Source of the DNA: a bacterium
GTDB lineage: Bacteria; Hydrothermota; 32-111
Direction of reading: 5' to 3'
DNA length: 64,000 nt
Assembly: GCA_050239825.1 (NCBI GenBank)
Contig: JBFXGO010000006.1
Span: forward strand, 4,690-68,689
Shown: positions 27,677 to 35,018 of the stretch, piece by piece
Layout of the letters: each line of letters opens with the position of its first letter
Position numbering within the stretch: position 1 is the first letter of the stretch
Program-made: the position numbers and the translations under genes
The notes under the pieces: model-generated
Databases searched by the model: none
What the model was told of the DNA's origin: nothing
What the model saw: the letters and a program-made list of their open reading frames with translations, nothing else

Positions 27677-29243
27677 AGTCTATAGACCTTGTCTCTCTTA
27701 TTACGGTTACCTTTATCTGGCCCGGGTATTTAAGCTCCTGTTCTATTTTTCTTGCTATCTGTTGCGAGAGTTCGTCCGCTTCGGCGTCAGAAATCTGCTC
27801 CGGAACGGCTATAACCCTTATCTCTCTTCCTGCCTGTATTGCGTAGGCCTTTTCGACGCCGTTGAATCCATTGGCTATCTCTTCAAGGTTCTCAAGCCTC
27901 TCGATGTACGCTTCAAGAGTCTCTCTTCTCGCACCGGGTCTTGCACCTGAAATGGAGTCAGCCGCCGCTACAAGAATGGATACAAGAGTCTCTGCCTGTA
28001 CATCTTCATGATGACTTTCAATTGAATTTATTACGATCTCATTCTCTCCGTATTTCTTGGCTATTTCAGCGCCTATTTTCGTGTGCGTTCCCTCAAAATT
28101 CTGATCAACCGCCTTTCCTATATCATGCAGGAGTCCTGCTCTCTTGGCAAGATGCGCATTGTCTATTTCAAGTTCGTCGGCCATCATTTGGGCGAGGTAT
28201 GCAACCTCTTTTGAGTGCTGGAGAACATTCTGCCCGTAGCTGGTGCGGTATTTCAAACGACCGAGCATCTTGACTATTTCAGGATGCATATTCGGAATGT
28301 TCAATTCAACGAGAGTATCCTCTCCTATATTCTTTATAGTCTCTTCCATCTGCTCCTGCGTCTTCTTGACTACTTCTTCGATTCTTGTCGGATGTATTCT
28401 GCCGTCGGAAACAAGTTTTGAAAGAGCAAGACGGGCTATCTCTCTTCTTATGGGGTCAAATCCTGAAATTGTGACAGCATCCGGAGTGTCGTCGATTATC
28501 ACTTCGACTCCGGTTGCATTTTCAAATGTGCGTATGTTGCGCCCCTCTCTTCCGATAATTCTTCCCTTCATTTCATCTGAAGGCAGAGAGACTACCGAGA
28601 CGGTGGATTCCACAACATGGTCTGTGGCTGAACGTTGAATAGCCATCGTCACTATCTCTTTTGCCTCTTTTGACGCCTTCTGAAGAGCGTCTTCCTTCAT
28701 CTGCTTTATCATGTTTGCCGCAGACAGCTTCGCCTCAGTTTCAAGGTTGAGCATTAAAATCTTCAATGCTTCGTCCTTTGAAAGCTGAGCCATCTGTTCA
28801 AGTTTGGCATTCTGGTCCTCAATGAGTTTTGTCAGACGGTCATTCTTCGCCTTGATTGTTTTTTCTTTCAAAAGAAGCTCTCTCTCTCTCTGAAGAAGCG
28901 AGGTCTCCTTTTTTCTGACCATATCATTCTTCTTCTCAAGGTTCTTCTCTTTTTCTTCGTATGCCTGTTCGGAATTCCTCAGTTCGCTTCTTCTGTCGCG
29001 CACCTGCTTTTCGAACTGCTCCTGCTTCTTTGCTATCTCTTCCTTTGTCTCCAAGAGAGATACGCGTTTTAATGCTTCCGCCTCCCTCTTAGCCTCGTCC
29101 AGAAGCTTTCCAGACCTTTCATCGGCCTCCTTCAGCTTTGCGCCTACGGATTTTTTAGCAAGGGCGTATCCAATGATATACCCGAGAATGCCGAGAAGTA
29201 TGGTCGACAGGACTGCTATAAGTGTCCAAATCTGTGCATTCAT
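27666..29243 (-). CDS. rny: Ribonuclease Y
   Basis: N-terminal TM helix, long coiled coil, KH domain (GRIIGREGRNIRTFE) and HD domain (LLHDIGKA). Start taken at the ATG (MNAQIW...) preceded by a GAAGGAG SD. The GTG at 29276 in the ORF track lies inside the upstream RNA structure. Confidence 0.93.
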   Translation of the reverse strand: MNAQIWTLIAVLSTILLGILGYIIGYALAKKSVGAKLKEADERSGKLLDEAKREAEALKRVSLLETKEEIAKKQEQFEKQVRDRRSELRNSEQAYEEKEKNLEKKNDMVRKKETSLLQRERELLLKEKTIKAKNDRLTKLIEDQNAKLEQMAQLSKDEALKILMLNLETEAKLSAANMIKQMKEDALQKASKEAKEIVTMAIQRSATDHVVESTVSVVSLPSDEMKGRIIGREGRNIRTFENATGVEVIIDDTPDAVTISGFDPIRREIARLALSKLVSDGRIHPTRIEEVVKKTQEQMEETIKNIGEDTLVELNIPNMHPEIVKMLGRLKYRTSYGQNVLQHSKEVAYLAQMMADELEIDNAHLAKRAGLLHDIGKAVDQNFEGTHTKIGAEIAKKYGENEIVINSIESHHEDVQAETLVSILVAAADSISGARPGARRETLEAYIERLENLEEIANGFNGVEKAYAIQAGREIRVIAVPEQISDAEADELSQQIARKIEQELKYPGQIKVTVIRETRSIDYAK

Positions 29244-29255
29244 ACAATCTCCTTC

Positions 29256-29436
29256 AAAAAAAATCCCCGCACACACCGTGTGAAAGATTTGCTTGAGCCC
29301 TTAAAGTAAAGTGGGAGTCTGTCGCCTTTGTTCTGTTACCCTAAAAAGGATTCCAATTAAAGAGGCGAACCGTCAACTCCCTTGATTAAGGTGTTGGTTC
29401 AGCAAACGCCGTCATCACGAATGCCGCAGGGATGTA
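29256..29436 (-). ncRNA. Candidate structured ncRNA (~180 nt rod-like fold ending in a U8 run), 6S RNA-like by shape and position downstream of zapA
   Basis: Minus-strand nested helices: AUCCCUGC/GCGGGGAU (closing, followed by UUUUUUUU), UUUGCUGAACC/GGCUCAAGCAAA, CCUUAA/UUAAGG, GGGAGU/ACUCCC and UCGCCUCUUU/AAAGGCGA, separated by internal loops. It fills the whole zapA-rny spacer. Ends are approximate (+/-3 nt). Confidence 0.5.
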
Positions 29437-29440
29437 TAAA

Positions 29441-29713
29441 CTATTTTATCTTATCAAGAATATCGCTCAGACGCTTCTCCATTTCCTTGTACTGCTTCTC
29501 AAGGGTAAGGTACTTGTCTACAACATTCATCGCCGCAATCACGGCAATTTTTTCGTACCTCTCTGCGCCCGCGTTTCTTGCAATGTTCTTCATTTCATCG
29601 GATAGATGTCTGGCAATGTTTTTCGTGTATTCCTCATCCATGTCCGTCTGGATGAAAAAATCCTTTCCGAAGATATGTAATGTGACCTCTTTTATTTCCT
29701 TTTTCTCTTCCAT
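29441..29713 (-). CDS. zapA: Cell division protein ZapA
   Basis: 90-aa protein. VTLHIFGKDFFIQTDMDEEYTKNIARHLSDEM...IAVIAAMNV matches the ZapA pattern, with a coiled-coil tail. Confidence 0.8.
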   Translation of the reverse strand: MEEKKEIKEVTLHIFGKDFFIQTDMDEEYTKNIARHLSDEMKNIARNAGAERYEKIAVIAAMNVVDKYLTLEKQYKEMEKRLSDILDKIK

Positions 29714-29733
29714 AGTTTAAACATCCCGAAAAA

Positions 29734-29916
29734 TCAAAGATCCTTAACTTTTACGAGAAGTTCTTCCAGTTTTTTTATCGCAGTTTCGTCATTCTTTTCT
29801 TTGGTGGATATGGCTTTCTTGAGCTCCGAGTTTTCAGATTCAAGCTTCTCTATACGGTTTTTCAATTCAGTTACATATTGATTCAATTTTTCCAGCTTTT
29901 CAAGTATATCTGCCAT
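29734..29916 (-). CDS. Short coiled-coil protein (ZapB-like)
   Basis: 60-aa heptad-repeat protein (LEKLEKLNQYVTELKNRIEKLESENSELKK). GGAGG SD upstream. Sits directly upstream of zapA. Confidence 0.55.
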   Translation of the reverse strand: MADILEKLEKLNQYVTELKNRIEKLESENSELKKAISTKEKNDETAIKKLEELLVKVKDL

Positions 29917-29940
29917 AATACCTCCACTCTTAATAGTAAA

Positions 29941-30621
29941 TCATTTTTGCAAATTGTCAAGATTCAGATACTTTCTGAAGTTCTCGGGGAGTTCGCTCCC
30001 GGCTACAACTCTTTCCGCATCTGATGTGAACATCGACACAGCGCCCTTGTTGCCGTAATTATATACCTGCATGTGTTCGCCGTTGACGAACATCTTAGCA
30101 ATGTTGAATATGGGTATGTCGGCGCAGTAAAGAATTGTGTCTTCATTTACCGATGTGATGAAGACATTGTACTGCCTATTATTCAATATGATTGTCTTCC
30201 AATCTGTTGTGTCAATCTGCTCCGCCCACATAAAGAGGTTGGAAATAGGTGACTCAAAGATGAAGTTGCCACTCTGAGGAATGAATTTGAATGGAATCTC
30301 CGAATTGAACTGCACAACAAATGTGTCAATGAGGTAGTTTTTTTCAAGTTTGTGAAATGTTTTAACCTTGAGCGTCTCCTCAGATGATACATAATCCGTC
30401 TCAAGAAGCATTCCTTCGGAATTCAGATTGAGAATGGAAAACTTTACATGGAATGAATCATACGGGGTAGAATCTTTTACATACTCCACATATTGCCCTC
30501 TAAGAAGAGGCATTGGAGTGAAAGACAGCCCTCCGCGGTTTGAATCAAAACAGCCGGAAAGAGCCGCGAGAAGAAACAGGCTATACAGTCCTGCTGATTT
30601 CAACAAGCTGTTTGAATGCAT
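29941..30621 (-). CDS. Hypothetical lipoprotein
   Basis: Signal peptide with lipobox LFLLAALSGC. I recognised no family. The start overlaps the rplT 3' end by 41 nt. Confidence 0.55.
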   Translation of the reverse strand: MHSNSLLKSAGLYSLFLLAALSGCFDSNRGGLSFTPMPLLRGQYVEYVKDSTPYDSFHVKFSILNLNSEGMLLETDYVSSEETLKVKTFHKLEKNYLIDTFVVQFNSEIPFKFIPQSGNFIFESPISNLFMWAEQIDTTDWKTIILNNRQYNVFITSVNEDTILYCADIPIFNIAKMFVNGEHMQVYNYGNKGAVSMFTSDAERVVAGSELPENFRKYLNLDNLQK

Positions 30622-30931
30622 CTGGCTGATGTATAGCTATTTCTGAAAGCTGTTTTCTGTCAAGAAGAACATTTGCCTTCTTGAGACCATTGATGAACTT
30701 TGAGTATGATATGTCATGCTCTCTGCATGCTATATTTATTCTTGTTATCCACAGAGACCTGTACTCGCTCTTATTCTTCTTTCTGTCTCTAAAAGCGTAA
30801 ACGAGCGCTTTAGTTGCTGCGGAGCGGGCTGATTTATAACAATTGGATTTTTTCCCGAATGAGCCTTTTGCCCTTTCAATCCATTTTTTTCTCTTTGCCC
30901 TTGTCTGCACTGAACCTTTAACTCTTGGCAT
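30581..30931 (-). CDS. rplT: 50S ribosomal protein L20
   Basis: MPRVKGSVQTRAKRKK...YAFRDRK..KSEYRSLWITRINIA. Confidence 0.95.
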   Translation of the reverse strand: MPRVKGSVQTRAKRKKWIERAKGSFGKKSNCYKSARSAATKALVYAFRDRKKNKSEYRSLWITRINIACREHDISYSKFINGLKKANVLLDRKQLSEIAIHQPDAFKQLVEISRTV

Positions 30932-30943
30932 AGTTCCTCCTAT

Positions 30944-31138
30944 TTATGCTTGAAGCAATTCTTTAATTGTCTTGCTCTGTGTATCGCTCACAAGGCCTGA
31001 TTTTCTCAGTTTTCTCTTTCTCTTATGAGTCTTTGAGGTCAGAATGTGCGATTTATACGCTTTTGCTCTCTTGACCTTTCCTGTGCCTGTAAGTTTAAAT
31101 CTCTTCGCTGCTGTCTTCTTCGTCTTGCGTTTTGGCAT
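30944..31138 (-). CDS. rpmI: 50S ribosomal protein L35
   Basis: [24 protein letters not shown]... Conserved infC-rpmI-rplT order. Confidence 0.95.
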   Translation of the reverse strand: MPKRKTKKTAAKRFKLTGTGKVKRAKAYKSHILTSKTHKRKRKLRKSGLVSDTQSKTIKELLQA

Positions 31139-31688
31139 TTGTGCCCTCCTCGTTATTTGTCTTTTTTCTTGATGCGCCTTTTACGAAGGTGAATATTTGG
31201 AATATCCTTTTTCCTTCAATTTTGGCTTCAGTGTCCGGAGCGGCCACGTCGCTCAGGTTTTCCTTTATGTCACTGAGGATTTTCATTCCATCCTCTGCAT
31301 GCTGACTTTCGCGGCCCCTAAATTTTATTACGAACTTGACCTTGTGTTTCATCTCAAAGAACTTGCGCGCCTGATTCAGCTTTATCTCAAGGTCATGAAC
31401 GAAGATATTCGGTCTTATTTGTATCTCCTTTAATTCCGTCTGGTGCTGCTTCTTTTTGGCTGTCTTTTCCTTCTTTGTCATCTCGTACATATACTTGCCG
31501 AAGTCCATGATTCTTGCTACCGGAGGAACGGCATTCGGAGCTATTTCCACCAAGTCAAGCTGAGCCTCCTGAGCCATCCTCAAAGCTACATCCGAACTCA
31601 CAACTCCGAGCTGATTTCCTTCTTCGCCTAGAAGCCTCACTTCGCGGGCTCTTATCTGATTGTTGATGCGCACACTCTTAGCGTTGAT
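31095..31688 (-). CDS. infC: Translation initiation factor IF-3 (non-ATG start, proposed ATC)
   Basis: [31 protein letters not shown]... is the canonical IF-3 N-terminus. GGAGGTG lies 5 nt upstream of the ATC at 31688. The in-frame ATG at 31733 would add a hydrophobic non-IF3 leader. The acidic C-terminal tail overlaps rpmI by 44 nt. Confidence 0.8.
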   Translation of the reverse strand: MNAKSVRINNQIRAREVRLLGEEGNQLGVVSSDVALRMAQEAQLDLVEIAPNAVPPVARIMDFGKYMYEMTKKEKTAKKKQHQTELKEIQIRPNIFVHDLEIKLNQARKFFEMKHKVKFVIKFRGRESQHAEDGMKILSDIKENLSDVAAPDTEAKIEGKRIFQIFTFVKGASRKKTNNEEGTNAKTQDEEDSSEEI

Positions 31689-31796
31689 GGGTACACCTCC
31701 TGTAAAAATAAAAAAAGTGGCATAAACCACCATACTTCTCTTTAGATTTAGCCTCTTTGCTTACGCTAAAGGCGAGAAGCGGCAGTCTGCTTCTTC

Positions 31797-33755
31797 TTAA
31801 TTTATGAGCGTATCATTGAAGAGCTTCAAAAAGTCTTCAACGCTCATAGAACCTATGTCACCTTCGCCCTTCTTTCTTAAACTCAATCGTCTCTCATCCT
31901 TCTCTTTTTTGCCGAGGATGAGCATAAAGGGCGTCTGGTTATTCTCCGCTTCGCGGATTTTGTATCCGATCTTTTCATTTCTAAAATCTTCGGTTACACG
32001 GATTTTATTATCCTTCAATATTTTACATATTTCTTTGGAATAGTCAACAGTCTCGTCAGTCACGCTCAGCACAGTGACCTGAACCGGCGCAAGCCACAGG
32101 GGGAATTTGCCCGCATAATGTTCGATGAGGCCGCCTATGAATCTCTCCAATGACCCCAAGAGCGCTCTGTGAACCATATAAACATAATGCTCTTTGTTAT
32201 CCTCTCCCACATAGGTAACATTGAATCTTCTCGGAAGATTGAAATCAAACTGAACCGTGGGACCCTGCCATTTTCTGCCGAGCGCGTCTTCAAGCTTTAT
32301 GTCAATTTTCGGTCCGTAGAAAACGGCCTCTCCCGGCATCTCTATATAAGGTATATTCTTCTTAATAAGGATATTCTTAAGAACATTCTGAGCTGTTTCC
32401 CATTCCTCTGGAGTACCGGCATATTTCGCGGGATTTTTCGGGTCGCGCATTGAAAGCTCTACAGAGTATTTTTCATAACCGAACTTTTTTATCATGAATA
32501 TTGCAAAATCATAAACCTTCTCCACCTCTTCCGGCAGCTGTTCGGGTGTGCAGAAGACATGGCCGTCATCCTGAGTGAATCCACGCACTCTAAGAAGACC
32601 GTGAAGAGCTCCGCTCCTCTCATATCTGTAAACTGTGCCCAGCTCTGCATATTTTATGGGAAGGTCTCTGTAGGAATGAATCTTTGTTTTGTAAATCATC
32701 ACATGACCGGGGCAGTTCATCGGCTTCAAAACATACTCTTCCTCATCAATTTTGAAAATATACATATTCTCTTTATAGAAATCATAGTGTCCGCTCGTCT
32801 TCCAAAGCTCAGCCCGTGCTATATGAGGCGTTAGGACAAGGTCGTATCCTCTGTTAATGTGTTCATCCTTCCAGAATCTCTCGATGGTGTCGCGTATAAT
32901 GCCCCCGTGAGGGTGCCAGTAAACGAGGCCGGAGCCGGTCTCTTCAAAGATTGAGAATATCTCCAGTTTTTTCCCAAGTATTCTGTGGTCGCGTTTTTTC
33001 GCCTCTTCTATTTTGTCCGTGTACTCTTTGAGCATCTGCTTGTCTGGGAATGAAATTCCGTATATTCTCGCAAGCATCTCTCTCTTCTCGTCTCCGCGCC
33101 AGTAAGCGCCTGCAAGGGAGAGCAGTTTAAATGACTTTATGTATCCAGTCGAAGGTATATGTGGTCCGCGGCACATATCAAAAAATTCAACATTGAATTT
33201 TTTTGATATGTTTGTATATATGGAGAATTGCTTCTCATCTTTATACTGCTCAATAATTTCAATTTTGTATTTTTCTTTGGATGAATTGTACTTAGAAAGA
33301 ATCTCTTCCCGGGTCATTGAAGATTTGACAAAAGGTATGTTCTCTTCGATGAGATCCTTCATGATATTTTCTATCTCTCTCAGATTATCTTCTTTGAGTT
33401 CAACGCCGCAGAGGTCAAAATCATAGTAGAATCCGCTGTCAATTGAGGGACCGATTGCGAGCTTCACATTCTCTTCGGAAGAGTGGTTTTTCAAAAAATA
33501 AATCTTTACAGCCATTGCAAGAATATGGGAAGTTGAGTGCCAATAGGCGTCGCGCCCTTTTTCCGAATAAAAATCATGCAGAATTATGTTTGAATTATCT
33601 TTTACTTCAAAGGTCTTTATATCATAAAAAGAATTATTCTCCTCAACTATGAGGAACTTCTTTCCGGAGAATTCTTTCTGCTCCTTGATGTAATCAAAGA
33701 GCTTTGTGTTCTCTCTGTAATCCGTCTGAATATTGTTTATCTTAATCATATTCAT
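31797..33755 (-). CDS. thrS: Threonine--tRNA ligase
   Basis: TGS/editing N-terminus (HSTSHILAMAV), class II motifs (FRDLPIKYAELGTVYRYE, GFTQDDGH, HRALLGSLERFIG) and an anticodon-binding C-terminus. Confidence 0.96.
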   Translation of the reverse strand: MNMIKINNIQTDYRENTKLFDYIKEQKEFSGKKFLIVEENNSFYDIKTFEVKDNSNIILHDFYSEKGRDAYWHSTSHILAMAVKIYFLKNHSSEENVKLAIGPSIDSGFYYDFDLCGVELKEDNLREIENIMKDLIEENIPFVKSSMTREEILSKYNSSKEKYKIEIIEQYKDEKQFSIYTNISKKFNVEFFDMCRGPHIPSTGYIKSFKLLSLAGAYWRGDEKREMLARIYGISFPDKQMLKEYTDKIEEAKKRDHRILGKKLEIFSIFEETGSGLVYWHPHGGIIRDTIERFWKDEHINRGYDLVLTPHIARAELWKTSGHYDFYKENMYIFKIDEEEYVLKPMNCPGHVMIYKTKIHSYRDLPIKYAELGTVYRYERSGALHGLLRVRGFTQDDGHVFCTPEQLPEEVEKVYDFAIFMIKKFGYEKYSVELSMRDPKNPAKYAGTPEEWETAQNVLKNILIKKNIPYIEMPGEAVFYGPKIDIKLEDALGRKWQGPTVQFDFNLPRRFNVTYVGEDNKEHYVYMVHRALLGSLERFIGGLIEHYAGKFPLWLAPVQVTVLSVTDETVDYSKEICKILKDNKIRVTEDFRNEKIGYKIREAENNQTPFMLILGKKEKDERRLSLRKKGEGDIGSMSVEDFLKLFNDTLIN

Positions 33756-33759
33756 TAAA

Positions 33760-33836
33760 TGGTGGGCGGTACTGGATTCGAACCAGTGACCCCCTGCATG
33801 TCAAGCAGGTACTCTAACCAACTGAGCTAACCGCCC
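33760..33836 (-). tRNA. tRNA-Val (anticodon GAC), CCA encoded
   Basis: Minus-strand read GGGCGGT TA GCTC AGTTGGTTA GAGT A CCTGC TTGACAT GCAGG GGGTC ACTGG TTCGAAT CCAGT ACCGCCC A CCA folds as a cloverleaf. Confidence 0.93.
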
Positions 33837-33842
33837 GTAAAA

Positions 33843-33914
33843 CGTCTCCAACGGGAGTCGAACCCGTGTCGCAGCCTTGAAAGGGCTGTGTCCTGACCAC
33901 TGGACGATGGAGAC
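33843..33914 (-). tRNA. tRNA-Glu (anticodon UUC), CCA not encoded
   Basis: GTCTCCA TC GTCC AGTGGTCA GGAC A CAGCC CTTTCAA GGCTG CGAC ACGGG TTCGACT CCCGT TGGAGAC G folds as a cloverleaf. Confidence 0.9.
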
Positions 33915-33916
33915 AG

Positions 33917-34405
33917 CTATTTTTTGTGCGTTTTGAAATAAAGATGTCTGAACTGTTCATTTTCAACGAGAGCATCATTGATAAGAAACCAGTTTTCGAC
34001 CTCTTTATTTGTCGTAGCAATTCGCTCTGCGAGAACCTCGGAAAGATTCAGAAGAAACTTTGCCGCAAGGTCGCCGGAGCGTTCTATGATTGCCGCTATG
34101 TCGGAGCGAGTGAGTACAAAAAGTGAAACATTGTCCATCGCCTGCAGAGTAGCGGACCGCGTATTGTTTCTCAGAATGCCCATCTCTCCGAAAAAATCTC
34201 CGGAAGTGAGCTTGGCGAGAGAAATACGCTTCTCCTTTCTTTCGATGAAAACCTCTACTTCTCCTTTTTCTATGAGGTACATTTCATTGCCCTCCTCTCC
34301 CTCTTTAAAAATGAAGGAGGATGGAGAGTAATGTCTTGTCTCCATAAAGGAGAGTATTTTTTTTGCTTCATCGCCAGACAAATCTGTAAAGAGCCGAGAT
34401 TCCAT
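33917..34405 (-). CDS. Stand-alone cyclic nucleotide-binding (cNMP/CAP-effector) domain protein, 162 aa
   Basis: IFKEGEEGNEMYLIEKGEVEVF...GDFFGEMGIL...RSATLQA is the phosphate-binding cassette pattern. No HTH or other output domain follows. AGGAG SD precedes the ATG at 34405. The track ORF extension to 34618 runs through tRNA-Lys. Confidence 0.8.
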   Translation of the reverse strand: MESRLFTDLSGDEAKKILSFMETRHYSPSSFIFKEGEEGNEMYLIEKGEVEVFIERKEKRISLAKLTSGDFFGEMGILRNNTRSATLQAMDNVSLFVLTRSDIAAIIERSGDLAAKFLLNLSEVLAERIATTNKEVENWFLINDALVENEQFRHLYFKTHKK

Positions 34406-34425
34406 ACATCTCCTCTTTTTAGTTA

Positions 34426-34498
34426 TGAGCCGTACTGGATTCGAACCAGTGACCCTCTCATTAAAAATGAGATGCTCTGCCAACTGAGCTAACGGCCC
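34426..34498 (-). tRNA. tRNA-Lys (anticodon UUU), CCA not encoded
   Basis: GGGCCGT TA GCTC AGTTGGCA GAGC A TCTCA TTTTTAA TGAGA GGGTC ACTGG TTCGAAT CCAGT ACGGCTC A folds as a cloverleaf. Confidence 0.9.
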
Positions 34499-34517
34499 AA
34501 TAAATAATGAATTTATT

Positions 34518-34546
34518 ATTATATAAAAAACATAATATTTTGTCAA
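34518..34546 (-). promoter_or_regulatory. Consensus sigma70-type promoter for the tRNA-Lys/thrS/ribosomal-protein transcription unit
   Basis: Minus strand reads TTGACA (34546-34541), a 17-nt spacer, then TATAAT (34523-34518). It lies about 20 nt upstream of the tRNA-Lys 5' end. Confidence 0.7.
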
Positions 34547-34922
34547 GCAAAATCTTATAAATAAAGCCCTTGAAGATGAATAAGAATAACAAAGGAATTT
34601 TTTTGTCTGCATCAGCAAAAAAAAATGAATAAAATAATCAGGAGAAGAATTTATTGAAGAGTAAGGGGAGTCATAAATAACAAGAATTTAAGAACTTGAA
34701 AATATATTTTTTAATGAATCGGGTAAGGATAATATTAAGAAACACAGTTTGAAGGCAAAGGCAAAATTGTAAGTATTATATTTGACAGAGTTTATCTGGG
34801 GTGCTTTCTATTTTAGTTTGATTGTGAATATTATAACTTAGATAATTTGACAAAAAATATGCGAAAATACCGATACTTAAAGGATTTTCAATATTTGCAT
34901 ATCCGGTTTCTCTTGACAAAAA

Positions 34923-34950
34923 CAAAAATATCATTATATTGTTCGTAAAT
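34923..34950 (+). promoter_or_regulatory. Near-consensus sigma70-type promoter (TTGACA-N16-TATATT) driving a very short transcript
   Basis: TTGACA at 34923-34928 and TATATT at 34945-34950. No ORF follows. An intrinsic terminator lies ~35 nt downstream. Confidence 0.55.
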
Positions 34951-34956
34951 ACCAAT

Positions 34957-35018
34957 CTCATATTCCCTCCCTAAACCGGTTGGCCTCGCTTCCAACCGGG
35001 TTTTTTTTATATACCCTC
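34957..35018 (+). ncRNA. Candidate ~60-nt sRNA (promoter plus intrinsic terminator, C-rich anti-SD-like motif)
   Basis: The predicted TSS ~7 nt after the -10 gives AAAUACCAAUCUCAUAUUCCCUCCCUAAA followed by a terminator hairpin. There is no start codon in the transcript. Confidence 0.45.
34986..35018 (+). terminator. Rho-independent terminator
   Basis: CCGGTTGG (34986-34993), loop CCTCGCTT, CCAACCGG (35002-35009), then G plus T8 (35011-35018). Confidence 0.75.

Noticed and set aside
29244-29276. GTG start at 29276 for rny (MCAGIFFEGDC prefix).
   Set aside because: The prefix overlaps the closing stem and U8 run of the upstream RNA structure. The GAAGGAG SD sits just before the ATG at 29243, and the RNase Y TM helix begins right after that ATG.
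31689-31733. ATG at 31733 as the infC start.
   Set aside because: It would add a hydrophobic 15-aa leader unlike any IF-3 and has no SD. GGAGGTG precedes the ATC at 31688, where IF-3 homology begins.
33756-33759. T-box or other leader regulation of thrS (and of tyrS at 57526-57541).
   Set aside because: The spacers are only 4 nt and 16 nt. There is no room for a T-box (~200 nt) or a ThrRS operator structure.
34406-34618. N-terminal extension of the cNMP-binding ORF (track start 34618).
   Set aside because: The extension reads straight through tRNA-Lys (34426-34498) and its promoter. A proper AGGAG SD and ATG are at 34405.
34776-34961. 61-aa minus-strand ORF in the AT-rich spacer. A similar 61-aa ORF lies at 38122-38307.
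   Set aside because: Neither has an SD. Their composition is typical of random AT-rich translation (Ile/Phe/Asn/Tyr-rich). The first overlaps the plus-strand promoter of the sRNA candidate.
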